Assembly (NCBI RefSeq): GCF_028641065.1
Contig: NC_073403.1
Coordinates: 30,752,001-30,816,000 of the forward strand
Length of the DNA: 64,000 nt
Origin: Leucoraja erinacea
Taxonomy: Eukaryota
Direction of reading: 5' to 3'
Shown here: one piece after another, positions 34,575 to 47,400 of the stretch
Layout: every line of letters starts with the position of its first letter
Numbering within the stretch: position 1 is the first letter of the stretch
Position numbers and translations under genes: made by a program
Notes under the pieces: model-generated
The model's database searches: none
What the model saw: the letters and a program-made list of their open reading frames with translations, nothing else
Told to the model about the DNA's origin: nothing

Positions 34575-35674
34575 AAAGACATCGGGACCGAATTCACACT
34601 CGGCTCGAAGCCGTTTAATTTAAAAGAAAAGCAGAAATGTCTGGTGTAAATAACAGAGAGGCAGAAGCACTTTCTCCTCGGAGAGCAGAGTATGGGTCTG
34701 GTGTATGGGCGCTGAGAGAGTCGCCACCAACCAAGCGGCCGTGAGCCGTCTCCCCGCACTGCCCCCCTGAGATGTGGCTTCAACGCAGTTGGGTGAGTGG
34801 AGGGGGCGGCTTTAACACAATCTCTGTCCGGGTCTCATAGAAACATAGAATATAGGTGCTGGAGGAGGCCATTGGGTCCTTCGAGCCAGCACCACCATTC
34901 ATGGTGATCATGGCTGATCGACCCAAATCAATAACCCGTGCCTGCCTTCTTCCCATATCCCTTGATTCCACTAGCCTCCAGAGCTCTATCTATCTTTCTC
35001 TTAAATCCATTCCTCTGTGGCAGGGAATTCCACAAATTCACAACTCTCTGGGTGATTTTTTTCCCTCACCTCAGTCTTAAATGGCTTCCCGTTTATTCTC
35101 AGACTCTGGGCCCTGGTTCTGGACTCGCCCAATATTGAGAACATTTTTCCTGCAGGGTGAGCGCTGAAAGGCGCAGTGTTATTATAACCCGGATAAAATG
35201 CAACCTCCAGCGATGCACAGACACAGTCACGTCCCCTCCCCACCCCGTCCCCTGCCGAGACTGAGCCTCCCCCACAACACCTGTGACCCCCTGATGTGAA
35301 CCTGCGAAGCTCTGAGCCGCAGCGCTGCTTGTTCTCTCCTATCGCGGATTCCCTCGTCGCTGCTGCGGGACTCTCCCACTTTCACATTCCTTACTTCAGA
35401 ACGGAGACCGCTCTCTCCTGACACCTTGCAAATTTCCAGCACAATAAATTCACTTTTCAAACATCACCTATCGTCGGATTGTAACATATTAAAGCGGGCA
35501 GCATGGCAGAGGCAGCTCACAGTATCCACAGCCACCGGTCTCAGCAGCACAGGCGGCCGCTCCAGAATCACAAGTCGCTGCATTTCCATATCCAGCGTTT
35601 CAGTCAGCGATCAGGAACCGTTTTCGGAGCAGATTCTGATCTCAGATCGGTGCTTTACTCACTGTGGCTTGAAG
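34575..35674 (+). promoter_or_regulatory. IFN E upstream cassette and 5' UTR, interrupted by a CR1 3' fragment (34836-35154)
   Basis: gggactctccc ~35367, ttcacttttc ~35448, tattaaa ~35487; the CR1 insert is absent from the other copies. Confidence 0.72.
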
Positions 35675-38600
35675 ATGACTTTGGGCAGTGTTTGCAGAGT
35701 TTGGATTGTGTGTATGTTGTTGTCCGGGACCCTGAGCCTGGGCTGTGAGAGGCTGCAGTTACTGCAAGTTCTCAACACGGACAGTCTAGACAAACTGAAT
35801 GAAATGGTGAGTTGGACCCGCTCCCAGAGACCGATCCGACACTCTCCGGGCTGTTTGTTGTTCAAATGTCAATGATTACACGGAGCCTGTTCTCCAGTGT
35901 TTCTCTCTCTGGGGTTGTTGATATTCTGCACTCTGGATCTTCCCCTTCGCTCTACCGACTCGACATGTTTGACTTGATTGTATGTATTTACAGTATATCT
36001 GTTTATAATGCATAGCATTGAAAACAAAGTTAATCACTCTACCGCGGTACACGTGTCAATATAACCCTAGTAACGTTGACATCTTGTGTCTCAGGGTGGC
36101 CACCTCTCCCGACAGTGTGGGGTTGGACAGGTAGAGCGGCGGTCGTTGGGGATTCCAAGCCCTTGGACCTGGTGAAAGAACTTTCCACGGGAATTCATGT
36201 GAGGGTAAACTCGGCATTTTACTTAAGAGGGAGTCAACGTGGTTCATTCGAGAGAGTTTAGGTTAAAAGTTTTAATCATATTGAATCCCATCTGATCCTT
36301 CGCCTGAGAATGTGACCACAGTAAATAACCCCTTCTAATCATGTAATCTGTTCTGCAGCTTTGTTCAACCGCCCGTGTCGCTCCCAACACCTCTCTCCCG
36401 GTTTCACCTTATCTAGTTCATTTGTCCATCTATTGAGTTGTTTACAGTTAATCTCTAGGAAATCCTCTCAAAGTCATAGTGATACAGTGTGGAAATATGC
36501 CCTTCCGTCCAACCTGCCCACACCGGCAAACATGTCCCAGCTATCCTATCCAAATGATCCAAACCTGTCCTATCCATGCACATGTCTAACGGTTTCTTAA
36601 ACGTTGGGATAGTCCCAGCCTCAACTACCTCCGCTGGCAGCTTGTTACACACACCCACCACCGTTTGTGTGCAAAGTTTACCCTTTAGATTCACATTAAA
36701 TCTTTTCCGCTTCACTTTAAACCTATGTCCTCTGGTCCGCGATTTACCTACTCTGGGCAGGAAACTCTGTGCATCTACCCGATCTATTCCTCTCATGGTT
36801 GTATACAGCTCGATAAGTTCACCCCTCATCCTCCAGTGCTCCGGGGAATAGACTCTCAGCCTACTCAATCTCTCCCTATAGCTCAGACCCACTAGTCCTG
36901 GCAACATCCTCGTAAATTTTCTCTGTACCGTTTCCAGCTTGACATCTTTCCTATAACATGGTGCCCAGAACTGAACTCAATACTCTAAATGCGATCTCAC
37001 CATCGTCTTATACAATTGCAACATGACCTCCCAACCTCTATACTTAATATTCTGATTGATAAAAGCCAATGTGTCAAAAGCCTTTTTGACCACCCTATAT
37101 ACCTGTGACTCGGCATTAAATGAACCATGCACCGGCACTCCTAGATCCCTCTGTTCTACAACATTCCCCAGTACCCTGCCATTCACTGTCTAGGTCCTGC
37201 CCATATTAAACTTCCACAAATTCAACACCTCACATTTCTGTGTATTAAATTCCATCAATCATTCCTCAGCCCACGTGGCCAATCGATCAAGTAGCTGCTG
37301 CAATTTTTTCACAACCATCTTCATTATCTCCTCCTCTAAATCATCTCACAAGCTGTGTCCAGCGTAGCTGAAGAAACCTTGACTCCACTCCACCCTCCAT
37401 ATGATTGAGTGCTACGAGCAATTGTGAGACTCACCTCCGGTTTGGTTAAATAATTACATAACCTAGAAAGTCCATTGGGTTAATGTAGTAGAGGGCACAG
37501 GGGACCCAATAGACGTGTAGAACAGTATGATCAGCCACAATAGGGTGGACTGCAGGAAACATTTCTCCATAATAGAGATACCGCTAACCAGAGATCTTGC
37601 TTGACGGTGAGAACTAAATGCTAGGATAGGATAGAACAAAAACATATTTTCCATCCGGTGTGTAGTTGGATTTTGGACTCACTGACTGAGAGGGTCCTTG
37701 AGTCAGAATTACCAACACCATTTAGGTGGTATCTGGACCATTTCCTTTCTTGAATCCACGTGGTCTAAATATTGAACCTCTAAAGCATAGAAGGATCTGA
37801 TGTTCTTATGAATGAATTATTTAATGTGAGATATGAGCAGGGAGAGATGATGGGTCTATTTGAATGACTCTGTTGCACTTTGATTGTTTGCCTCCATTCA
37901 AGTCTGCTGTGGAAAATACCTGTGCTGATTTTTTTTTAAATGGAATGGCAAATGCAGAACAGCTACTCCAAGGTCTTGATTCGATGAACCTTTGGACAAC
38001 TTGCAAGACTTCTCCTCCCGTGCTCACTATGTTTTTTTTATACCTAATCCCCTTTCCGTAACCACAAATGTGCCTGTTCCTGGGCCTACATGCGTTTAGA
38101 TAACTGTTTCCTCTTCACCATCCTTCTAATGACAATGTACATCTCTACAATATCACAGCTTGACATTCTCTGGCTTGAGAAGAACAGTCATGGCTTCTCT
38201 CACCTCTCTGTAACTAAGGTCCTTCACCATTCATACCAGTCATATAAACCGATTCACACTCTCCCATAGTCCATAATTCTATAATAATAAAAGGCCATAC
38301 TAATTGTTACGTTCAACCTCCACCCCTTCCCCTCTTATCTCTGGCCTTTGTTCCATCCACCAACCTATCAAAACCCCCACTTGCTGATGCTAATCTATTA
38401 CCTGACATGCTTTGTCCAGCCCCTGGACTTTTTAGCTTTCTTCTCCCCAACCCCTACAATCAGCCTGATGAAGTATTTTGACCCAAAATGGTACTTATCC
38501 TGTTTCTCCAGAGATGCTGCCTGACCCACTGAGTTACCCCAGCATATTTTGTCCTTTTGCTAAATGCACCTGCACTGTTCAAACAAATATATGCAATTTC

Positions 38601-39510
38601 ACTTGGCTTTGACCTTCTTTTCATTTGTGAAAGGTTAGCAGAACTCCAGTTGAACATAGAACGTACAGCACAAGATCAGGCCCTTCTGCACACAGTGTCT
38701 GTGCCAAACCTGATGCCAAGACTATCACTTATCTACCTGCAAAGACATTGTATCCCCCCCAATCCCTGTGTATCCATGAGCCGATCCAAAAGTTGTTTAA
38801 ATGCCATGAACATATCTGCTTTACTGCCGCCTCTGGCAGCACATTCCAGGCAGACAACCCTTCTGTTTTAAAAACTGCCTCACAGATCTCCTTTAAACTG
38901 TCCCCTCTCACATTAAAGTAATGCCTTCTATTATATACGCATTGATTGTTTGAAACTATACCTGATTACACTTTGTCTTATTCTACTAAGACTCGTAAGC
39001 ATTCTATTTTAACTTAAAAACACACTGGATCCAGGATTTGTCTAATGTCACTGTGTGTGTTTTGCACAGGCCCAGGACAGGATCCAGATTGTCCATCAAA
39101 CACTGCATCACCTCCGCAGGATCTACAGCATGAAGCTGAGCTCAGTAACGTGGGTCGAGGCCATAGTGGAACACTTCACACTTCTCTTGGATCGGCAGTT
39201 CAGAGAGCTGGAAGTCTGTGTCAAGAAAGCAAGCCCAGGGTCCAGGGCAAGGAAGAATGCCACAGTTCTTAAATATTTTAAGGATCTGACAAAGTTTCTG
39301 AAACAGAAGGTGAGCTGCCACATATGAAACTTTGTAATTACCAACAGATTTTGCAGCCAATTTCTATCTGTTCATTATCTAATAAATGTACTTGACTTTT
39401 TCGCTTTCCAGGGATTCAGTGACTGTGCCTGGGAAATAACCTACACTGAGACCAGGGCACATTTACAACAGCTCCTTCTCATCATGGCAACAATCAGCAG
39501 GGATTACTGA
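35675..39510 (+). CDS. Type I interferon E: exons 35675-35806, 36095-~36199 (indel-ridden, in-frame TGA at 36173), 39070-39309, 39412-39510; pseudogene or assembly error
   Basis: Exons 1, 3 and 4 clean (MTLGSVCRVW..., AQDRIQIV...KDLTKFLKQK, GFSDCAWEITYTETR...SRDY*); exon 2 has several small insertions relative to D and H. Confidence 0.8.
36465..37330 (-). mobile_element. CR1 fragment in intron 2 of E (paralogous remnant at 43315-43780)
   Basis: ORFs 36455-36907 (LSYRERLSRL, RTRGHRFKV) and 36977-37186 (QRDLGV, VRSHLEY). Confidence 0.85.
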
Positions 39511-40371
39511 AGATTTTTAAAAACTGATTCTTAAGAGTCTAAAATTAAAGACTATTTATTTAAAATATCACCTTCTGATTTTCAGAATGTGCAACTTCAG
39601 CATTTTTTGACTACTATATTTATTTTTCTGATACTGATGTGAATTTCAACTTGCAAGAGATGGAGAACAAAGATCTTTTGGCTCATTCTATGTATTTATG
39701 TGTTGTTTTAATTTGTTGATATTTATTTTTGTATCATTATCCTGTGATGAAATGTGAATCAAAGACTGGCAGCTGCTGCAATGCAGAGTTCCATGACTGG
39801 AAAAGGTGCTCTGTGGTCAGCGGATCATTGTCAATGCCTTGCTGCAGCTTGCCTCTGTTATGGTCGATACTATTTCACTTCCTACTCTGAACTGCACTGG
39901 TGGCATTTCATATTGAATGATCTCATCTATATGAACTGTTACAATGTCCGTCCAGTTTGCTTCTGTTAAAACGGTTTGAACTTTAGAATTGTAACTTTTT
40001 GCCTCTTTTACTGAAAATTCGTCCTCCATGTGTCTCTGCTGCAATGAGACTGTGCATTGGGAGTGCACCAGCCTGCACTGAGCCAGCTCAGGTGGTGGGT
40101 TTGCTGAACCATTGTGCTTAACTTCATCCTTCACTCAAAGTATTGATTATGAGAATGCTGTCTCACTGGTCAGAATATATATTCACCATAATTTATTCAT
40201 ATTTTCAGCAATATTTATTTTTAAACATATGTGAATAGAGTTGAATATCTTTGTTAATTTATTGTTGTTGAGAGATAAACAATGGATGATATTTTTTTAA
40301 GAATAAAAAACTTTTAATTGAGATGTGATTCTAAAGATATTAGACATGTTTTTTTTGCATTATATTTGTTT

Positions 40372-41182
40372 ATAGAAACATAGAAACATAGAAACATAGA
40401 AAATGCAGGAGTAGGCCATTCGGCCCTTTGAGCCTGCACCGCCATTCAATATGGTCATGGCTGATCATCCAACTCAGTATCCTGTACCTGCCTTCTCTCC
40501 ATACCTCCTGATCCCTTTAGCCACAAGGGCCACATCTTAAATATAGCCAATGAAGTGGCCTCAACTACTTTCTGTGGCAGAGAATTCCACAGATTCACCA
40601 CTCTCTGTGTGAATTTTTTGTTCTCATCTTGGTCCTAAAAGACTTCTCCCTCATCCTTAAACTGTGACCCCTTGTTCTGGACTTCCCCAACACCGGGAAC
40701 AATCTGCCTGCATCTAGCCTGTCCAACCCCCAGTAATTTTGTAAGTTTCTATAAGATCCCTCCTTAATCTTCTAAATTCCAGCGAGTACAAGCCGAGTCT
40801 ATCTAGTCTTTCTTCATATGAAAGTACTGCCATCCCAGGAATCGGTCTTGTGAGCCTTCTCTGTACTCCCTCTATGGCAAGAATGTCTTTCCTCAGATTA
40901 GGAGACCAAATCTGTACTCTCCAGGTGTGGTCTCACCAAGGCCCTGTACAACTGCAATAGAACCTCCCTGCTCCTATACTCCAATCCTTTTGCTATGAAT
41001 GCTAACACACCATTCACTTTCTTCACTGCCTGTTGTACCTGCATGCTTGCTTTCAATGACTGGTGTACCATGACACCCAGGTCTCGTTGCATCTCCCTTT
41101 TCCTAATCGGCCACCATTCAGGTAATAGTCAACTTTCCTGTTCTTGCCACCAAAGTGGATAACCTCACATTTATCCACACTG
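40372..41182 (-). mobile_element. 5'-truncated CR1 LINE
   Basis: VDKCEVIHFGG, QRDLGVMVHQSL; (atagaaac)n tail. Confidence 0.9.
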
Positions 41183-42319
41183 TGAAGTGAATTGCCTCTG
41201 ATTCTTTGATTAAATTGAAATTCTGAACAAGGTTGAAGAATGTTTGTGCCACAAGTGAACATACAACATGCTAGAGTAACTCAACAGGTCAGACAGCATC
41301 TCTGGAGAACATGGAAGATTTCAGGAATTGTGAGATAAGGAGATAAAGATAAAGTAGGGAAAAAATTTAATGCCAGAGGAATGAAAATAGGTAGAAGGAG
41401 ACGAGGCAGTAGCAGGAGGGGGAAGGTGGTGGTTCAAAGCATGTTTGTTTGCCAGTTAGTTAACTACCATTTGGAGAATTCAATGTACACACCATTAGGC
41501 TGTATGACTGTGTCTACAGTTTGCGTGTGGACTCACTGGCAATGGAGGAGGCCCAGGACAGGATGCTCAGTCTGCGAATGAGAAGACAAATTACAGTACT
41601 TGCAACCGGGCTATCAAGTAGGCCTAAATAGCCTCTTGGTTCCACTGAGGTAGAGGAGGCCACATAGAAAATACCAAAAGAGGTAGATCAGGTTAGAGGA
41701 GGTGCACGTGTACCTTGATCTCACCTGCATGGACTGCTCTTGTCCATGGATGGGTGTGAAGGAGGAGGTAAGGGGCAGGTGTTACGTGTCCTGCAGTTGC
41801 AGGGAAAAGTATGTGAGATGGTGGTGGGAATGAATTAGTGAGTAAAGGTCTTGCTGAGGGAGTGGTTTATGTGGAAGGTGGAAAGGGGAGGAGATGGGAA
41901 GATGTGACTGGTGGTGGGATCGATTGAAAGTAGCAGAAATTTCAGAGAATGATTTGTTGAACGCAGAGGCCCGTGGTGTGACAATAAAGAACTTGTGGAT
42001 ATTTCTCCTTGTTCTTTCTTGGAATAGGAGGAGGGAGAACATCATCTTGGGACACAGAGGATGCATGGGTGCATGGGTGAGGGGTCCATCTGTGACAGCA
42101 GGGGGCACCCACTTTTAAAAAAGAAAGAGGATATAATGGATGGCCTCAAATTGAAAATATCTTGTTGGCGAATGTGGCAGAGATGGAGACATTGAGATTA
42201 GGGAATAGAGTATTTGCAACATGAAGGGTGGGAGGAGGTGGCACCAGAAACATTCAAACCAACATTTGCAACATGAAGGGTGGGAGTTGGTGGGTTTGTA
42301 GCCGACCTGAAAAACGGCC

Positions 42320-43316
42320 TCTGCAAATTGACCCTCGAGTGCAGGGAATGGATGAGAAAGTGGGATAACATTAGACCACCGTGATCGAGTGATCGATGGT
42401 CAGTGTGGATTCGAGCCTGTTCCCATGCAATATATCCGACATAAACTAAAGTGTTTTACTCCTGCGAGTTTAGATTTGAACGAATGGCGGTAAAACAAAG
42501 GTTTTCACAATATCTCAGTGCACGTGACAATAACAAACGAATACCAGGTTATCCCGTTTCCCTTCAGCCTCTCAGCGGGACCCGAGCGGTTCACACACAC
42601 GCCCACTGTCGGATGTGACGAGCCCGTCTCTTTCCCCGGGACACTTTCGCTTCGGACGCTTCCCCTCGACAGACCGAGCCGGAGACTTCACACTCGGCTA
42701 CAAGCCGTTTAATTTCAAGGAGAAGAAGAAATGTCTGGTGTAAAGAACAGAGAGGCCGAAGCACTTTCTCCTCGTAGAGCAGAGTGTGGGTCCGGTGTAT
42801 CGGCGCTGAGTGAGACCGCACTGTCCCCCTGAGATGTGGCTTCAACGCAGTTGGGTGAGTGGAGGGGCGGCTTTAACACAATCTCTGTCCGCGGCTCCGA
42901 GGGTGAACGCTGAAACGCGCAGTGTTATTATAACCCGGATAAAATGCAGCCCCCAGCGATGCACAGACACAGTCACGTCCCCTCCCCACCCTGTCCTCTG
43001 CCGTGACTGAGCCTCCCCCACAACACCTGTGCCCCCCTGATGTGAACCTGCGAAGCTCTGAGCCGCAGCGCTGCTTGTTCTCTCCCATCGCGGATTTCCC
43101 CGTCGCTGCTGCGGACTCTCCCACTTTCACATTCCTTACTTCAGAACGGAGACCGCTCTCTCCCGACACCTTTCAAATTTACTGTACAATAAATGCACTT
43201 TTCAAACATCACCTATTTTCGGATTGTAACATATTAAAGCGGGCAGCATGGCAGAGACAGCTCACAGAATCCACAGCCACCGGTCTCGGCAGCACAGGCG
43301 GCCACTCCAGGATCAC
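42320..43316 (+). promoter_or_regulatory. IFN F upstream cassette (uninterrupted copy)
   Basis: Colinear with the G and H cassettes; ggatttcccc ~43092, tattaaa ~43232. Confidence 0.72.
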
Positions 43317-45513
43317 ACCCAACACCGTTTGTGGGCAAAGTTTACCCCTTCGATTTACATTAAATCTTTTCCACTTCACTTTCAACAAATGTACCGTTTC
43401 CAGCTTGACATCTTTCCTACAACATGGTGCCCAGAACTGAGCTCAATATTCTAAATGTGATCTCACCATCGTCTTATACAATTGCAACATGACCTCCCAA
43501 CCTCTATACTTAATACTCTGATTGATGAAGGCCAATGTGCCAAAAGCCTTTTTGACCACCTTATATACCTGTGATTCGGCATTCAAGGAACCATGCACCG
43601 TCACTCCTCAATCCCTCTGCTCTGCAACATTCCCCAGTGCCCGGCCATTCACTGTGTAGGTTCTGCCCTTATTAAAATTCCTCACATTTCTCTGTATTAA
43701 ATTCAATCAACCATTCCCCAGCCCACCTGGCCAATCGATCAAGAAGCTGCTGCAATTTTTTACAACCATCTTTACTATCTCCTCCTCTAAATCATCTCAC
43801 AAGCTGTGTCCATCATAGCTGAATAAACCTTGACACCACTCCACCCTCCAAATGATTGAGTGTAACGAGCAATTGTGAGGCTCACATCCGGTTTGGTTAA
43901 ATACTTACATAACCTAGCAAGTCCATTGGGTTCATGTAGCAGAGGGCACAGGGGACCCAATAGACGTGTACAACAGTATGATCAGCCACAATAGGGTGGA
44001 CTACAGTAAACATTTCTCCATAATAGAGATACCGCTAACCAGAGATCTTGCTTGACGGTGAGAACTAAATGCTAGGATAGGATAGAACAAAAACATATTT
44101 TCCATCCGGTGTGTAGTTGGACTTTGGACTCACTGACTGAGAGGGTCCTTGAGTCAGAAATACCAACACCATTTAGGTGGTATCTAGACCATTTCCTCTC
44201 TTGAATCCACAGGGTCTAAACATTCAACCTCTAAAGCATTGAAGGATCTGATGTTCTCATGAATGAATACTTTAAGGTGAAATAAGAGCAGGGTGAGATG
44301 ATGAGTCTATTTGAGTGACTGTTGCACTTTGATTGTTTGCCTCCATTCAAGTTTGGTTTGGAAAATACCTGTGCTGATTTTTTTTTTTAATGGAATGGTG
44401 AATGCAGAACAGCTACTCCAAAGCCTTGATATGATGAACCTTTGGACAATTTGCAAGACCTCCTCCCATGCTCAATATCTTTTTTTTATGCCTAATCCCC
44501 TTTCCCTAACCACAAATGTGCCTGTTCCTGGGCCTACATGCGTTTAGATAACTGTTTCCTCTTCACCATCCTTCTAATGACAATGTACATCTCTACAACA
44601 TCACAGCTTGACATTCTCTGGCTTGAGGAGAACAGCCATGGCTTCTCACACCTCTCTGTAACTAAGGTCGTTCACCATTTATACCAGTCATATAAACCGA
44701 TTCACATTCTCCCATAGTCCATAATTCTATAATAATAAAAGGCCATACTAATTGTTACATGTTCAACCTCCACCCCTTCCTCTCTTATCTCTGGCCTTTG
44801 TTCCATCCACCAACCTATCAAAACCCCCACTTCCTGATGCTAATCTATTACCTAACATGCTTTGTCCAGCCTCTGCCCTTTTGAGCTTTCTTCTCCCCAA
44901 CCCCTACAATCAGTCTGATGAAGTGTTTTAACCCAAAATGGTAATTATCCTTTTTCTCCAGAGACTAACCCACTGAGTTACTCCAGCATATTTTGTCCTT
45001 TTGCTAAATGCACCTGCACTGTTCAAACAAATATATGCAATTTCACTTGGCTCTGACCTTCTTTTCAGTTGTGAAAGGTTAGCAGAACTCCAGTTGAACA
45101 TAGAACGTACAGCACAAGAACAGGCCCTTCTGCACACAGTGTCTGTGCCAAACCTGATGCCAAGACTATCACGTATCTACCTGCAAAGACTTTGTATCCC
45201 CCCCAATCCCTGTATATCTGTGAGCCGATCCAAAAGTTGTTTAAATGCCATGAACATATCTGCTTTACTGCCGCCTCTGGCTGCATATTCCAGGCAGACA
45301 ACACTTCTGTATTAAAAACTGCCTCACAGATCTCCTTTAAACTGTCCCCTCTCACATTAAAGTAATGCCTTCTATTATATACGCATTGATTGTTTGAAAC
45401 TATACCTGATTACACTTTGTCTTATTCTAGTAAGACTCATAAGCATTCTATTTTAACTTAAAAACATACTGGATCCAGGATCTGTCTAATGTCACTGTGT
45501 GTGTTTTGCACAG

Positions 45514-45953
45514 GCCCAGGACAGGATCCAGATTGTCCATCAAACACTGCATCACCTCCGCAGGATCTACAGCATGAAGCTGAGCTCAGTAACATGGGTC
45601 CAGGCCACAGTGGAACACTTCACACTTCTCTTGGATCGGCAGCTCGGAGAGCTGGAAGTCTGTGTCAAGAAAGCAAGCCCAGGGTCCAGGGCAAGGAAGA
45701 ATGCCACAGTTCTTAAATATTTTAAGGATCTGACAAAGTTTCTGAAACAGAAGGTGAGCTGCCACATATGAAACTTTGTAATTACCAACAGATTTTGCAG
45801 CCAATTTCTATCTGTTCATTATCTAATAAATGTACTTGATTTTTTGCTTTCCAGGGATTCAGTGACTGTGCCTGGGAAATAACTTACACTGAGAGCAGGG
45901 CACATTTACAACAGCTCATTCTCATCATGGCAACAATCAGCAAGGAATACTGA
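45514..45953 (+). pseudogene. Type I IFN locus F: exon 3 (45514-45753) and exon 4 (45855-45953) intact, exons 1-2 deleted
   Basis: The 5' UTR joins intron-2 CR1 sequence directly at ~43316 (gatcaca|cccaacaccg); exon 4 GFSDCAWEITYTESRAHLQQLILIMATISKEY*. Confidence 0.85.
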
Positions 45954-47400
45954 AGATTTTTAAAGACTGATTCTTAAGAGACTATAATTAAAGACTATTT
46001 ATTTAAAATATCACCTTCTGATTGTCAGAATGTGCAACTTCAGCATTTTTGACTACTATATATATTTTTCTGATACTGATGTGAATTGCATCTTGCAAGA
46101 GATGGAGAACAAAGATCTTTTGGCTCGTATTTAAGTGTTGTTTTAATTTGTTGATATTTATTTTTGTATCATTATCCTGTGATGAAATGTGAATCTGATT
46201 ATTCAAAAACTGGCAGCTGCTGCAATGCAGAGTTCCATGACTGGATAAGGTGCTCTGTGGTCAGTTGATCATTGTCAATGCCTTGCTGCAGCTTGTTTCT
46301 GTTATGGTCGATACTATTTCACTTCCTACTCTGAATTGAACTGGTGGCATTTCATATTGAATGATCTCATCTATATGAACTGTTACAATGTCCGTCCAGT
46401 TTGCTTCTGTGGAAACGGTTTGAACTTTAGAATTGTAGCTTTTTGCCTCATTTACGAAAATACGTCCTCCATGTGTCACTACTGCAATGAGACTGTGCAT
46501 TGGGAGTGCACCAGCCTGCACTGAGCCCTCTCGGGTGGTGGGTTTACTGAACCATTGTGCTTAACTTCATCATTCACCCAAAGTAATGATTATGAGATTG
46601 CTGTCTCACTGGTCAGAATATATATTCACCATAATTTATTCATATTTTCAGCGCTATATATTTTTAAACATATGTGAATAGAGTTGAATATCTTTGTTAA
46701 TTTATTGTTGTTGAGAGATAAACAATGGATATTTTTTCATAAATAAAAAACTTTTCATTGAGATGTGATTCTAAAGATATTAGACTTTTTTTTTTCATTA
46801 TATTTGTTTATAGAAACATAGAAAATAGGTGCAGGAGTAGGCCATTCGGCCCCTCGAGCCTGCACCACCATTCAATATGATCAGAAAACACCAAAAGAGG
46901 TAGATCAGGTTAGAGGAGGTGCACGTGTACCTTGATCTCACCTGCATGGACTGCTCTTGTCCATGGATGGGTGTGAAGGAGGAGATAAGGGGCAGGTGTT
47001 ACGTGTCCTGCAGTTGCAGGGAAATGTATGTGAGATGGAGGTGGGAAAGAATTAGTGAGTAAAGGTCTTGCTGAGGGAGTGGTTTATGTGGAAGGTGGAA
47101 AGTGGAGGAGATGGGAAGATGTGACTGGTGGTGGGATCGATTGAAAGTGGCAGAAATTTCAGAGAATGATTTGTTCAACGCAAAGGCCCGTGGTGTGACA
47201 ATTAAGTACTTGGGGGATATTTCTCCTTGTTCCTTCTTGGAATAGGAGGAGGGAGAACCGAATCATGGGACACAGAGGAGACATGGGTGAGGAATCCATC
47301 TGTGACAGCAGGGGGCACCCACTTTTACACAAGAAAGAGGATATAGATGGCTTCAAATTGAAAATATCTTGGTGGCAAATGTGGCTGAGATGGAGACATT

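Noticed and set aside
33827-34618. G/E/R-rich and P/S/L-rich ORFs
   Set aside because: Products of a low-complexity purine tract next to an assembly gap
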